DNA from: Thermodesulfovibrionales bacterium
Lineage (GTDB): Bacteria > Nitrospirota > Thermodesulfovibrionia > Thermodesulfovibrionales > UBA1546
Length of the DNA stretch: 64,000 nt
Direction of reading: 5' to 3'
Assembly: GCA_049302185.1 (NCBI GenBank)
Contig: JBAQLV010000010.1
Location: 38,742-102,741, forward strand
This document shows, piece by piece, positions 1 through 10,147 of the stretch. The notes under the pieces are model-generated. The model did no database searches, was not told where the DNA came from, and worked only from the letters and a program-made list of their open reading frames with translations. A program made the position numbers and the translations under genes. Within the stretch, counting starts at the first letter, position 1. The number at the start of each line of letters is the position of its first letter.

Positions 1-63
1 AATGACAGGCTGGGATATAAAGCATTTCGGAAATATCGCTATTTTTGGTGTCGGGAGGAAGAG

Positions 64-2469
64 ATGAAGGTTACAGACCCCATCTGCAAGATGGTCATAG
101 ACCCAAAGGGCGCTGCTGGTTCATCCCTCCATAAAGGTTTGACTTACTATTTCTGTTCTACTCATTGCAAGGTAAAGTTTGACAGAGATCCTGAAGCATA
201 TATAGGAGAAAAACCAAAGGAAGCAGTCAGCACATCCACACAGGCGCCGAAAGGAACAAAATATACATGCCCTATGGACCCTGAGATCATGCAGGATAAA
301 CCCGGAGCTTGCCCTAAGTGCGGCATGGCGCTTGAACCGCTTATGCCGGTAATAGCAATGGCAAAAACAGAGTGGATATGTCCCATGCATCCTGAGATTG
401 TGCGTGATTCGCCGGGGAATTGTCCAATCTGCGGTATGGCGCTTGAGCCGAGGACTGCTCTTGAGGAAGAAAATCCAGAATTAATTGATATGACAAGGCG
501 ATTCAAAGTTGGGGTGATTCTTACTATCCCGCTTATTATAATTGCCATGAGGGGAATGATTCCCGTGATAAACATAGAGAGTATCCTTCCTCCAACCTTA
601 TTAAATTTACTTGAACTCTTACTTGCGACACCTGTTGTTCTCTGGGCCGGCTGGCCGTTTTTCGTTCGCGGCTGGCAATCTCTTATGACCCGCAATCTTA
701 ATATGTTTACATTGATAGGGATTGGCGTTGGTGTTGCTTATATATACAGCATTGTTGCAGCGCTTTTTCCGGGTATATTCCCTGTCTCGTTCAGGAAAGA
801 CGGAGAAGTGGGAGTCTATTTTGAGGCCGCAGCAGTCATAGTGACCCTTGTTCTTCTTGGTCAGGTGCTTGAATTAAAGGCACGAAGCAAAACAGGCGCA
901 GCCATTAAATTGCTGCTCGGCCTTGCGCCAAAGACAGCAAGGCGTATAAAAAACGGCAAAGAAGAAGATGTTCCCCTCGATCATGTAAAAATAGATGATA
1001 TTCTCCGTGTGCGTCCCGGTGAAAAGATACCTGTGGACGGCGTAGTTATTGACGGTTTAAGTTCGGTTGATGAATCAATGGTTACTGGAGAGCCGATTCC
1101 TGTTCAGAAGCAAAAGGAAGACCGTGTTATCGGAGCAACTGTTAACGGAACAGGCATGCTCATAATGAAAGCAGAGAAGGTTGGTGCTGATACCCTGCTG
1201 TCACAGATAGTTAATATGGTTGCAGAGGCGCAGAGAAGCCGTGCGCCCATCCAGAAACTTGCAGATATTGTTGCAGCATATTTTGTCCAGATTGTTATGG
1301 CAGTTGCAGTTCTTACCTTCGTCGTATGGGCATGGCTTGGCCCCGAACCCAGAATGGCGCACGCAATCATCAATGCAGTGGCAGTCTTAATCATTGCCTG
1401 TCCATGCGCACTCGGCCTAGCAACACCAATGTCCATAATGGTTGCAATGGGAAAGGGCGCAATGGCAGGCGTGCTTTTCAAAAACGCAGAGGCAATAGAA
1501 GTGATGAGAAAAATTGACACGCTTGTAGTGGATAAGACAGGAACCCTTACCGTAGGCAAACCTAAACTAATAAACATAATTCCGGCAAATGGATTTGATG
1601 AAAAATCCGTGCTCCATTTTGGCGCAAGCATTGAGAGGGGAAGCGAACATCCCCTTGCATCTGCAATCGTAAAAGGGGCAGAAGAAAGAGGTATAAACCT
1701 TATTGGGGTTGATGGTTTTGAATCAGTGACAGGCAAAGGAGTCATGGGCAAGATTGAAGGGCATAAGATTGCGCTGGGCAACCGGAAACTCCTTGAAGAC
1801 ATAGGCATTGATCCGGGTGAACTTTCACAAAAGGCTGAGGCAATGCGTACAGAGGGGCAGACCGTGATGTTTATTACGATAGATGGAAAAGCTGCAGGAC
1901 TTTTAGGCGTTGCCGACCCTATAAAGGAAACAACTCCGGAGGCTATAAGCGCTCTCCATAAGGAGAATATCAGGATTGTAATGCTTACAGGAGACAACCG
2001 CACTACAGCGGAGGCTGTTGCGAAGAAACTCAAGCTTGACGATGTAATTGCAGAAGTGCTGCCTGACCAGAAGGCAGATATTGTCAAGCGTCTTCAGAAT
2101 GAAGGTAAAATAGTTGCCATGGCAGGCGACGGAATAAATGATGCGCCTGCATTAGCACAGGCTCATGTGGGTGTGGCAATGGGAACAGGAACAGACGTTG
2201 CAATGGAAAGTGCGGGCGTTACATTGGTCAAAGGCGACCTCAGAGGGATAGTGAGGGCAAGACGGTTAAGCAGGGCAACGATGAGAAACATCAAGCAGAA
2301 CCTTTTCTGGGCATTTATATATAATTCAATGGGTGTTCCGGTTGCGGCAGGGATTCTTTATCCGTTCTTCGGGATACTTTTAAGCCCGATAATGGCTGCG
2401 GCAGCGATGAGCTTTAGCTCGGTATCTGTAATAATGAATGCGCTCAGGCTGCGCGGCGCAAAGCTTTAA
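64..2469 (+). CDS. copA: Copper/heavy-metal translocating P1B-type ATPase with a TRASH/YHS-like N-terminus and two CPMxPE...CPxCGMALEP metal-binding modules
   Basis: 801-aa ORF with the CPC membrane motif ([12 protein letters not shown]), DKTGTLT phosphorylation site, TGDN and the GDGINDAP hinge. The N-terminus has Cys-rich modules. Confidence 0.93.
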   Translation: MKVTDPICKMVIDPKGAAGSSLHKGLTYYFCSTHCKVKFDRDPEAYIGEKPKEAVSTSTQAPKGTKYTCPMDPEIMQDKPGACPKCGMALEPLMPVIAMAKTEWICPMHPEIVRDSPGNCPICGMALEPRTALEEENPELIDMTRRFKVGVILTIPLIIIAMRGMIPVINIESILPPTLLNLLELLLATPVVLWAGWPFFVRGWQSLMTRNLNMFTLIGIGVGVAYIYSIVAALFPGIFPVSFRKDGEVGVYFEAAAVIVTLVLLGQVLELKARSKTGAAIKLLLGLAPKTARRIKNGKEEDVPLDHVKIDDILRVRPGEKIPVDGVVIDGLSSVDESMVTGEPIPVQKQKEDRVIGATVNGTGMLIMKAEKVGADTLLSQIVNMVAEAQRSRAPIQKLADIVAAYFVQIVMAVAVLTFVVWAWLGPEPRMAHAIINAVAVLIIACPCALGLATPMSIMVAMGKGAMAGVLFKNAEAIEVMRKIDTLVVDKTGTLTVGKPKLINIIPANGFDEKSVLHFGASIERGSEHPLASAIVKGAEERGINLIGVDGFESVTGKGVMGKIEGHKIALGNRKLLEDIGIDPGELSQKAEAMRTEGQTVMFITIDGKAAGLLGVADPIKETTPEAISALHKENIRIVMLTGDNRTTAEAVAKKLKLDDVIAEVLPDQKADIVKRLQNEGKIVAMAGDGINDAPALAQAHVGVAMGTGTDVAMESAGVTLVKGDLRGIVRARRLSRATMRNIKQNLFWAFIYNSMGVPVAAGILYPFFGILLSPIMAAAAMSFSSVSVIMNALRLRGAKL

Positions 2470-2490
2470 GGCAAGCGAAGAAGGCGTTAT

Positions 2491-2772
2491 TTAGAAATAC
2501 CGCACTGAGAATGTATCAAATTCGCCTTTGAAAATTTCCCATTTGACGTCAATATTGTTTACTTTAGCGGCAGGGGGGCCTTTGTAACAGAGCCCGATTG
2601 CCTTTTCTATATTTTCTTTTTCGCCTTCAAACAACGCCTCCACTTTTCCATCGCTGCAATTTTTCACCCAGCCCTTGAGTCCGAGCGAATGTGCCGCATC
2701 TTCTGTGAAAGCCCTGTAAAATACTCCCTGAACCCTGCCTGAGATTAAAAGATGCGCCCGTGCGTTTGCCAT
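2491..2772 (-). CDS. acyP: Acylphosphatase
   Basis: 93 aa with the signature RVQGVFYR...GWVKN..DG.VE. Confidence 0.85.
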   Translation of the reverse strand: MANARAHLLISGRVQGVFYRAFTEDAAHSLGLKGWVKNCSDGKVEALFEGEKENIEKAIGLCYKGPPAAKVNNIDVKWEIFKGEFDTFSVRYF

Positions 2773-2861
2773 GGATGAAATTATATCACATGAAGAAAGT
2801 GGTGTTACGACAAAACTGTGCGGCGGCTACAAGCCATCCGCGCGCGAGATTTGTTAGAAGA

Positions 2862-3164
2862 TTATTTTCTCTTTATCCTTTCTCTCCAATAACCTGGTTT
2901 TCGCCGTAAGTGTGCCACAGCAACGATTACAATTTCTTCTGGTTCAATGCGATATAAAATACCCAATGGGAATCTTCTGACAAGACGCCTTCTAAGTTCA
3001 CTTTCAATTACCGGCCATGTCATAGGTAACTCTGCAATAGAGTTTACATCTCGTTCTATTTCTGAAAGAAAATCTATACCTAAATATGTTGCCTGGGACT
3101 CGTAATATCTTGCCGCTTCAAGCATCTCTTGCTCCGCCTCAGGAAGGAATACAACAGGCTTCAT
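2862..3164 (-). CDS. Type II toxin, ParE/RelE family
   Basis: 100 aa. It has a ParE-like C-terminus (RRFPLGILYRIEPEEIVIVAVAHLRRKPGYW) and a 4-nt overlap with the upstream small ORF. Confidence 0.8.
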   Translation of the reverse strand: MKPVVFLPEAEQEMLEAARYYESQATYLGIDFLSEIERDVNSIAELPMTWPVIESELRRRLVRRFPLGILYRIEPEEIVIVAVAHLRRKPGYWRERIKRK

Positions 3165-3391
3165 CCTAATTTTGAGCGAGCCTCTTTAAACACTGCCTCC
3201 GCTGGTTTTGCCTTAACCCTGCCTTCTTTATACTCTCTATAGCGGCGTTCAGCTTCTTCTATCCAGAGCTTTTCCGCATTTGGGTCTTCTTCTGTATCCA
3301 AACTATGGATAAGATGTTCTGCTAATTGGGCTCGCTCATGAGGTGAAAGTCGGAGGGCTTTTCCTTCAATTTCTTTAACACTCAATGGCAT
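3161..3391 (-). CDS. Putative addiction-module antitoxin
   Basis: 76 aa, LSPHERAQLAEHLIHSLD-type N-terminus, translationally coupled to the ParE-like toxin. Confidence 0.7.
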   Translation of the reverse strand: MPLSVKEIEGKALRLSPHERAQLAEHLIHSLDTEEDPNAEKLWIEEAERRYREYKEGRVKAKPAEAVFKEARSKLG

Positions 3392-3760
3392 TAAATACCT
3401 CCAGTTACTATTTTTTTATATATTAACTTGAAGTTAAAGGTAATGCAAGCTGTCTTCCCCAAGACATTCTGACGATTATTAAAATAAGCAGACTAATCAC
3501 CCGCTATACTTACTGATGAGGTATGCCAGGTGCGACTAATCTTGCAATTCGCGCCATGCAGTTAATATATGACTACTGTTATACTCACTGAAATATTCCA
3601 AAAACCATCAGAGAGCGGTATGTTAAGGTGTCGAAAAATAAATTTTTTCACAATCCCGATGTGTATCGGGACATTATTTAAATACGTTTTTGAGTTAACT
3701 CAGGCTATTCTGAAATGTGAAGGGGTAATGATAGAATGAACATAAAAAGGAGACAATAGA

Positions 3761-4612
3761 TTGCTTGAAAAAATAACCCTATATCTGAAGATGATTAAGT
3801 TTTCCCACTCTGTTTTTGCCCTTCCTTTTGCACTGACAGGCGCTGTGATAGCTGCATCCGGGATTCCGTCTCTGATGCAGCTATTCTGGATTGTTGTTGC
3901 AATGGTCAGCGCAAGGTCAGGGGCAATGGGATTAAACAGGATTATTGACAGAAAGATTGACGCTGCAAATCCGAGGACAGCGAATCGGGAAATACCTTCC
4001 GGCAAGATAAAGACATCCAATGCTGTTTTATTTGCGATGATCTCATTTGGTGTTCTTATTTTTGCCGCATATATGCTTAATCCCCTCTGCCTGAAACTTT
4101 CTCCGCTGGCGATTGCAGTGCTGTTTCTTTATTCATATACAAAGAGATTCACATGGCTCTCGCACTTTGTCCTCGGCATTGCGCTTTCAGCAGCGCCTGT
4201 GGGAGCATGGATTGCCGTAAGAGGCGCATTTAACTCAGAGATACTGCCGATGGTGTTTGCTGTAGTCTTCTGGCTTGCAGGGTTTGATGTGCTTTACGCG
4301 CTTCAGGATGTTGGATTTGACAGGGCGCACGGCCTTCGCTCAATTCCTGAGAAGTTCGGCATTAAGGATGCGCTGCTTTTTTCAAGAGTTTTCCATGTTA
4401 TAACATGGGGACTGCTCGCATTTACAGGGTTAATCTTTGACCTTGGGATATTTTACTGGATTGGAATGACTTTCACAGGAGGACTTTTCATATATGAGCA
4501 TTCCCTTGTGAAGAATAATGACCTCAGCAGCCTTAATATGGCATTTTTTAACATGAACGGCTATATAAGCATAACAGTGTTTGTGTTTACACTGTTTGAT
4601 TATCTTTTTTGA
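3761..4612 (+). CDS. UbiA-family aromatic prenyltransferase (4-hydroxybenzoate polyprenyltransferase-like)
   Basis: 283 aa, polytopic. It has NRIIDRKID and a YALQDVGFD Asp-rich motif, with a TTG start. Confidence 0.85.
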   Translation: MLEKITLYLKMIKFSHSVFALPFALTGAVIAASGIPSLMQLFWIVVAMVSARSGAMGLNRIIDRKIDAANPRTANREIPSGKIKTSNAVLFAMISFGVLIFAAYMLNPLCLKLSPLAIAVLFLYSYTKRFTWLSHFVLGIALSAAPVGAWIAVRGAFNSEILPMVFAVVFWLAGFDVLYALQDVGFDRAHGLRSIPEKFGIKDALLFSRVFHVITWGLLAFTGLIFDLGIFYWIGMTFTGGLFIYEHSLVKNNDLSSLNMAFFNMNGYISITVFVFTLFDYLF

Positions 4613-4655
4613 GAGCTTAATACTAATACGGTTATTAGTAAATCTACGCATTGTC

Positions 4656-4783
4656 GGGGATTGGTCCGCAATCCCTCTTCACGCTGTCATGCTGGCTTGT
4701 CCAGCATCCTTCCTGCTTGTCAGGAATCTCAGAATGATTCCGAACAAGTCGGAATGACAAACCCGACAAGCGGGAATGACAGT
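4656..4783. repeat. Mosaic of short hairpin units (family A: GTCATTCC..GGAATGAC, GATGCTGGACAAGCCAGCATGACA)
   Basis: Intergenic. The same modules recur at 43447-43551, 46347-46419, 54731-54806 (inverted order) and 58541-58631. Confidence 0.85.
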
Positions 4784-4881
4784 GAATATGCTCTTACTTA
4801 TGGCCTCCTTAGTAAGTCATATGCCGCGCCGCCGATCTTTATTTGTGGTAAACTTTAATTAATTTAATTTCAAGAGAGGAA

Positions 4882-6135
4882 ATGCAAATGCCTTCTTACA
4901 GAAAGCGTATTTTTTGGTTTCTTTCGGCAATAATTCTTTTGGTAATGTTTTTTATCCTCAAAAGAACCTTCAGTTCAGTTGATGTCAAAACAACGCCTGT
5001 AAGTAGGCAGGAACTTGCGATTACAGTAACTGCAACGTCAACAGGGACAATAAAATCAGAAACAGAGGTTAAGATTACAGCGCAGAGAATTGGGAAGATT
5101 ACAAAGCTCTTTGTTGAAGAGGGCAGCATAGTTAAGCCCGGCTCAATGATAGCAGAGCTTGACCCTGAGGAGGCGCATCTGAGCCTTCAGGCTGCGCGGG
5201 CATCGCTTGAAAAGGCTCAATCAAGGCTCAAGGAACTCAGGAATTCTCATGACTCCCTGAAAGTGGAGATAGAAACTAATATTGAAAAAGCAAGGGCGGT
5301 TTTGAAAGAGGCGGAGATGAGATTCAAGAGATTCAATGATTTAAAAGACAAGGGATATATGGCGCAGATGGATGTTGATTCTGTCCAGAAGGAATATGAA
5401 GTGGCAAAGGCAAGCCTTGAGTCTGCCATCGCCGCAAAAAGCCGCATAACCGCACAGACCGAAGAGATAAAGGCGCAGGAGGCTGCTGTCAGAGAGGCGG
5501 AGAGTTCACTTTCGCTTGCAAAGCTTAACTATGATTATTCGTTTATAAAATCTCCGATATCAGGCGTGGTAATATCAAGGCCTGTCAAGGTTGGCGAGAC
5601 AACTGTAACGGGCGCTTTAGCGGGCGCTTTGGTGGCGCATGTTGTCTCTATGGAGGACCTTTATATAGAGGCGTTTATAGATGAGGCTGATGTTGCAAAG
5701 GTTAAACTGAGGCAGCAGGCTAATATCTCAATGGATGCGTATCAGGGGAATATTTTTAAAGGTGAAATTTATCTGATATCGCCTGTTGTCCTTGGCGGCA
5801 AACAGGAAACAAGGACCTTTGAGGTGAGGACACGGCTTAAAGAAAAACAAATCATTATAAAACCGGGGATGTCTGCTGATGTAGAGATTATTGTGGACAA
5901 CATTAAAAATGCGCTTGTGGTTCCATCCCATGCGCTTATGGAGAAAAACGGCAAAAAATTTGTATTTATCAAAAAAGGTTCAACAGCAAAACTTATTCCC
6001 GTTGAAACAGGGCAGTTCAACTGGAATTTTACAGAGATAACATCAGGCGTTAAAGAGGGTGATACAGTGATTATCAACCCGGATGCGACGGGACTTGCTG
6101 ACGGCAGGAGAGTGAAGGAAACGGTGAATAGGTGA
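4882..6135 (+). CDS. Efflux periplasmic adaptor (HlyD/MacA family)
   Basis: 417 aa with an N-terminal TM, a long coiled-coil hairpin and beta-barrel domains. It lies upstream of MacB-like ABC genes. Confidence 0.85.
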   Translation: MQMPSYRKRIFWFLSAIILLVMFFILKRTFSSVDVKTTPVSRQELAITVTATSTGTIKSETEVKITAQRIGKITKLFVEEGSIVKPGSMIAELDPEEAHLSLQAARASLEKAQSRLKELRNSHDSLKVEIETNIEKARAVLKEAEMRFKRFNDLKDKGYMAQMDVDSVQKEYEVAKASLESAIAAKSRITAQTEEIKAQEAAVREAESSLSLAKLNYDYSFIKSPISGVVISRPVKVGETTVTGALAGALVAHVVSMEDLYIEAFIDEADVAKVKLRQQANISMDAYQGNIFKGEIYLISPVVLGGKQETRTFEVRTRLKEKQIIIKPGMSADVEIIVDNIKNALVVPSHALMEKNGKKFVFIKKGSTAKLIPVETGQFNWNFTEITSGVKEGDTVIINPDATGLADGRRVKETVNR

Positions 6136-6156
6136 AAAGGTGAATCGGTGAATAGG
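6123..6156. repeat. Octamer tandem array GGTGAAWN x4
   Basis: ggtgaata ggtgaaaa ggtgaatc ggtgaata, read directly. It spans the stop codon of the adaptor gene. Confidence 0.9.
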
Positions 6157-6179
6157 AAAAACAAAGATAGCAAGATAAA

Positions 6180-6851
6180 GTGATTGTTCTGAAGGATATA
6201 AGGAAGTCGTATGTGCTGCCAAAGGTGACTGTGGATGTCTTAAGGGGCATAGACATGGAAGTCGCTGAAAAGGATTTTGTGGCAATAATGGGGCCTTCAG
6301 GCTCAGGAAAATCAACGCTCCTTCACATCATCGGCTGCCTTGACAGGCCGACATCAGGGCAATATCTGCTCCTTGATGTTGATGTCAGCCGGAAAACAGA
6401 CAATGAGCTTGCAGAGATAAGAAACAGAAAAATCGGCTTCGTATTCCAGAGTTTTAATCTTCTTCCTAAACTTATTGCATGGAAAAATGTCGAGCTGCCT
6501 CTGCTTTACGGCGGGGTGGAGCCTGATACAAGGAAAAAAAAAGCGTTTGAGATGCTTGAGAAGTTCGGCCTTTCTCACAGGGCAGAGCATTACCCGAGCG
6601 AACTTTCAGGAGGGGAGCAGCAGAGGGTTGCAATTGCAAGGGCGCTCATAAACGACCCTGCGATAATACTTGCGGATGAGCCTACAGGAAACCTTGACAG
6701 CCGTTCGGGAAAAGAAATCATAGAGGCATTTAAAGGTTTAAATAAGGAAGGCGTAACGATTGTGGTTGTTACCCATGAGAAAGATATTGCTGACGAGGCA
6801 GGGAAGATAATAACAATAAGAGACGGGGTTTGCCAGAGTGGATGTTATTGA
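6180..6851 (+). CDS. ABC transporter ATP-binding protein (MacB/LolD-like)
   Basis: Walker A GPSGSGKST, signature LSGGEQQR, Walker B ILADEPT. GTG start. Confidence 0.9.
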   Translation: MIVLKDIRKSYVLPKVTVDVLRGIDMEVAEKDFVAIMGPSGSGKSTLLHIIGCLDRPTSGQYLLLDVDVSRKTDNELAEIRNRKIGFVFQSFNLLPKLIAWKNVELPLLYGGVEPDTRKKKAFEMLEKFGLSHRAEHYPSELSGGEQQRVAIARALINDPAIILADEPTGNLDSRSGKEIIEAFKGLNKEGVTIVVVTHEKDIADEAGKIITIRDGVCQSGCY

Positions 6852-8046
6852 GATTATAAGGGTTTCAAGGGACTCTCTTATGGGCAACAGGGTAAGGTCG
6901 TTCCTTACAATGCTCGGCGTTGTTATCGGGGTTGCGTCCGTCATTATGCTTGTTTCAATAGGCGAGGGCGCAAGGTCCTACATAGGCAGAGAGCTTGGCA
7001 ATCTCGGAACGAACATATTGATTGTAGTGCCGGGCAAAACTTCTGCCAAGGGAGGGTTTCATCCGCCTGCCGCAACTACGGTCAGGAAACTTGTCTATGA
7101 TGATGCTCTAATAATTAAAAAACGTTCAAGGCATATTCAAGACGCAGTCCCGCTGATTCTTGGCACCTCCAAGATTAAATATCTGAACCAGAGCAGGGAT
7201 AATTCTGTAGTTGGGATTACGGAAACTTATTTTGATATCAGAAATCTCTCAGTTGAATCAGGCAGATTTATAAACGCATCGGATGTTGATTCAAGAAGAA
7301 AAGTATGCGTTCTCGGAAGGACAGTGAAAAAAGATCTTTTCGGAGATAAGAATGCGCTTGGCACCCTTGTGGCAATAGGCGACGGCAAATACCGCGTCAT
7401 AGGTGTGATGGAAAAGAAAGGCGTTACGCTCGGAATTGATTTTGATGACATAGTGTTTATACCTACAACCGCTGCGCAGGAATTGTTTGATACCGACAGC
7501 CTGTTTAATATAACTGTCAAGGTTAGAAGCGCAACTGAGATAGACGCTGCAAAAGAGGACATAAGGCAGATACTGATGAAAAGACATGCAGGCAGGGAAG
7601 ACTTTACGATAATGAGTCAGGATGAGATGGTTGCCGTGATGGGCAAGATATTGAATATCATGACTGCTGTGCTTGCAGGCATAGCTGCAATTTCCTTGAT
7701 TGTTGGCGGGATAGGGATAATGAATATAATGCTTGTCTCAGTAAGGGAGAGGACGCGGGAGATAGGGATAAGAAAGGCGCTTGGCGCAAAGAACAGGGAT
7801 ATTTTATTACAGTTTCTGATAGAGTCTGTTACGCTGAGCCTTATAGGCGGAACAGTGGGCATTCTGTTTGCTGGCTTGCTCTCTCTTGTTATTCCTTATT
7901 TTGTTGAATTTCTTCCGACACATCTTGCCCTGTGGTCTGTTATTGTCGCTTTTTTGTTTTCAGCGGCAGTCGGAATATTCTTCGGTGTATATCCTGCAAG
8001 AAAGGCATCGCTGTATGATCCCATAAAAGCGTTGAGGTATGAGTGA
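6838..8046 (+). CDS. ABC transporter permease (MacB/FtsX family)
   Basis: 402 aa with a MacB-type periplasmic domain and a C-terminal FtsX-like 3-TM bundle. It overlaps the ATPase gene. Confidence 0.9.
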   Translation: MDVIEIIRVSRDSLMGNRVRSFLTMLGVVIGVASVIMLVSIGEGARSYIGRELGNLGTNILIVVPGKTSAKGGFHPPAATTVRKLVYDDALIIKKRSRHIQDAVPLILGTSKIKYLNQSRDNSVVGITETYFDIRNLSVESGRFINASDVDSRRKVCVLGRTVKKDLFGDKNALGTLVAIGDGKYRVIGVMEKKGVTLGIDFDDIVFIPTTAAQELFDTDSLFNITVKVRSATEIDAAKEDIRQILMKRHAGREDFTIMSQDEMVAVMGKILNIMTAVLAGIAAISLIVGGIGIMNIMLVSVRERTREIGIRKALGAKNRDILLQFLIESVTLSLIGGTVGILFAGLLSLVIPYFVEFLPTHLALWSVIVAFLFSAAVGIFFGVYPARKASLYDPIKALRYE

Positions 8047-8148
8047 GGTATAGATTTTTTAGATGAGATGAACGTCTTGTGCATGGACGAAGCTTTTAGG
8101 TTTGTAAGTTTTCTGTTTGTGCCGCTGTTATGCGACCATTGTAGCAGT

Positions 8149-8892
8149 TTAGCGTCCGTCAACATCAAGCAATTTTGATCTCTTTTTTAACGTTCTTAAT
8201 ACAAGATAAGTTATTAATCCAATTATGAATAATAAACCCCAGCCAAAATCTACTTTAAATTTACCCTCTACAAATAAGCCTTCGAGGGAATCAAGAACAG
8301 GAAAAGATATAGTTATCACAAAAAAGGCAGTGTATTCTCTTTTAAGAACATTTTTGAATGAAAAAGGCAAAGCAGGTTTTCGCCAGCTCTTAAATTTTGG
8401 CAGAAAAGCTGGAGTCTTCTCTGCCCATTCTAAGAATAAAGCCCCATACTTTACTCGTAAAAAACCTTCTTCCGCAAATATTATACGTTCGTAATATATA
8501 AAAAATGCCAGAACGGCTATTAACACAAACCACCACACTTGAATAAACAATATTACTCCCCCAAAAATTATAAAATTTCCTAAATAAAGAGGGTGCCGAA
8601 CTATTGAATACATCCCTGTAGTATTAAGTGCTTCCGCTATCTGTTTTTTTGTATTTCTGCCTGATGTCCCTTTGGGGATATAACCTATAGTAAGGCAACG
8701 AATGGCAAGGCCGACAAAAGATAATAATAAACAGAAAATCTCCCAAAAGTGATCACTCACTTTTAAGACCCTTTTCAAAAATTCAGACTCATTTAAGGCA
8801 ATTAATAAGATTGGAAGGATTAAAAAAGGCAAGTAACTTCGCCATCTAAAAAGCCAATTGCCCTGCTTTTCTAATTCTTTATGGATAGTCAT
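8149..8892 (-). CDS. Membrane methyltransferase family protein (ICMT/PEMT-like)
   Basis: 247 aa, polytopic, with RHPLYLGNFIIFGG...YERIIFAEEGFL typical of the isoprenylcysteine carboxyl / phospholipid methyltransferase fold. Visibly AT-rich. Confidence 0.65.
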   Translation of the reverse strand: MTIHKELEKQGNWLFRWRSYLPFLILPILLIALNESEFLKRVLKVSDHFWEIFCLLLSFVGLAIRCLTIGYIPKGTSGRNTKKQIAEALNTTGMYSIVRHPLYLGNFIIFGGVILFIQVWWFVLIAVLAFFIYYERIIFAEEGFLRVKYGALFLEWAEKTPAFLPKFKSWRKPALPFSFKNVLKREYTAFFVITISFPVLDSLEGLFVEGKFKVDFGWGLLFIIGLITYLVLRTLKKRSKLLDVDGR

Positions 8893-8896
8893 TTAT

Positions 8897-9082
8897 TCAC
8901 TCCCCAATAGTGCCACAATGTCGCCTACTTCTTTTTAATAGATGAGTGGCGAGGTTATGTCTAACAGTATGCACAGAAACATCCTTTTTTTTAAGCATTA
9001 TCACCCCATAAGTAATGCCCTGCTTTGGAAATATGTATGTGCGTTTATTATTAATTAAAGCCCCTTTATTGTCAAGGAGCAT
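8897..9082 (-). pseudogene. Tyrosine recombinase C-terminal remnant, frameshifted
   Basis: VSVHTVRHNLATHLLK matches the HxLRHxxATHLL box. The following GDIVALLG segment is only readable in another frame, and there is no N-terminal domain. Confidence 0.55.
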
Positions 9083-9122
9083 AGCTTGTGCTTTTCAATG
9101 CGCATTAGTATCATAAGATTAA

Positions 9123-10103
9123 ATGCCGATAATAAAGGTTGAGAATTTAGTAAAGAGATTTGGCAGTATCACTGCTGTAAATAATATCTCCTTTAATGTG
9201 GAGGAAGGAGCGATATTCGGCTTCCTCGGGCCTAACGGCGCAGGCAAGACAACAACGATAAGCATCCTGTGTACACTGCTTGTGCCAACTTCAGGGAATG
9301 CTTTTGTGAATGGATATGACTGCACAAAAGAATCCTCATCTGTAAGGAGATCAATCGGCATAGTCTTTCAGGATACAACTCTGGATAAAGACCTAACCGC
9401 AGAGGAAAACCTTTTATTTCATGCGTATCTTTATAATGTTGAAAAGACCGAACGCAGAAAAAGGGTTGATGATGTCTTGAAGCTTGTTGATTTATTCAAC
9501 AGGAAAGATGACCTTGTTAAGAAATTTTCCGGAGGCATGAAGAGAAGGCTTGAAGTTGCAAGAGGGCTGATACACAGACCAAAGGTGCTGTTTCTGGATG
9601 AACCAACACTTGGGCTTGATCCGCAGAGCAGATCAAATCTATGGGAATTCATAACAGCGCTTCCGGAAAAATATGGAGTAACAATCTTCATGACGACGCA
9701 TTACATGGATGAGGCAGAGGTCTGCGATAACATAGCCATTATTGATAATGGAAACATTATTGCAATGAACAGTCCCGAAGAACTCAAAAAAGTGATAGGC
9801 GGGGATGTCATATATCTGAAAACGAGGGATAATGCAAAGGCAAAGGATGAGATAAAGAGCACGCTGGATATTGACGCATCAATAAGGGACGGCGAGCTTT
9901 TTATCTCAACAGTCAGGGGAGATACATGCATTCCCGAACTTATAAGGACACTCGGCGATAGTGTTTTGTCTGTGAGGCTCCAGAGGCCGACTCTGAATGA
10001 TGTTTTTTTAAAGCTGACAGGGAAGGCGATAAGAGACGAGGAGGGCGCTGATACGGATACGATAAAAGCGGAGGTGAGGGCTTACAGGAGGAGGCATGAG
10101 TGA
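9123..10103 (+). CDS. ABC transporter ATP-binding protein (DrrA/ABC-2 type)
   Basis: Walker A GPNGAGKTT, signature FSGGMKRR, Walker B LFLDEPT. Confidence 0.9.
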   Translation: MPIIKVENLVKRFGSITAVNNISFNVEEGAIFGFLGPNGAGKTTTISILCTLLVPTSGNAFVNGYDCTKESSSVRRSIGIVFQDTTLDKDLTAEENLLFHAYLYNVEKTERRKRVDDVLKLVDLFNRKDDLVKKFSGGMKRRLEVARGLIHRPKVLFLDEPTLGLDPQSRSNLWEFITALPEKYGVTIFMTTHYMDEAEVCDNIAIIDNGNIIAMNSPEELKKVIGGDVIYLKTRDNAKAKDEIKSTLDIDASIRDGELFISTVRGDTCIPELIRTLGDSVLSVRLQRPTLNDVFLKLTGKAIRDEEGADTDTIKAEVRAYRRRHE

Positions 10104-10147
10104 TGCCGCTCATTCTTATCCTGTTTCTACGAGGTTGAAAAACGAAT

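Noticed and set aside
121-2087. Long antisense ORFs inside copA (121-390, 162-695, 1104-2087 minus). Similar shadow ORFs lie opposite tkt, hypF, glgB, ilvD, the kinase genes and the patatin gene (18578-18928).
   Set aside because: They lie opposite strongly conserved coding frames. They have low-complexity Ser/Pro/Ile-rich composition typical of antisense translation, no RBS, and no recognisable motifs.
4661-4858. 65-aa ORF in the UbiA/adaptor spacer, and a 74-aa ORF at 43347-43571.
   Set aside because: Both are translations of the family A/B hairpin repeats. The same nucleotide modules occur in both orientations at other intergenic sites.
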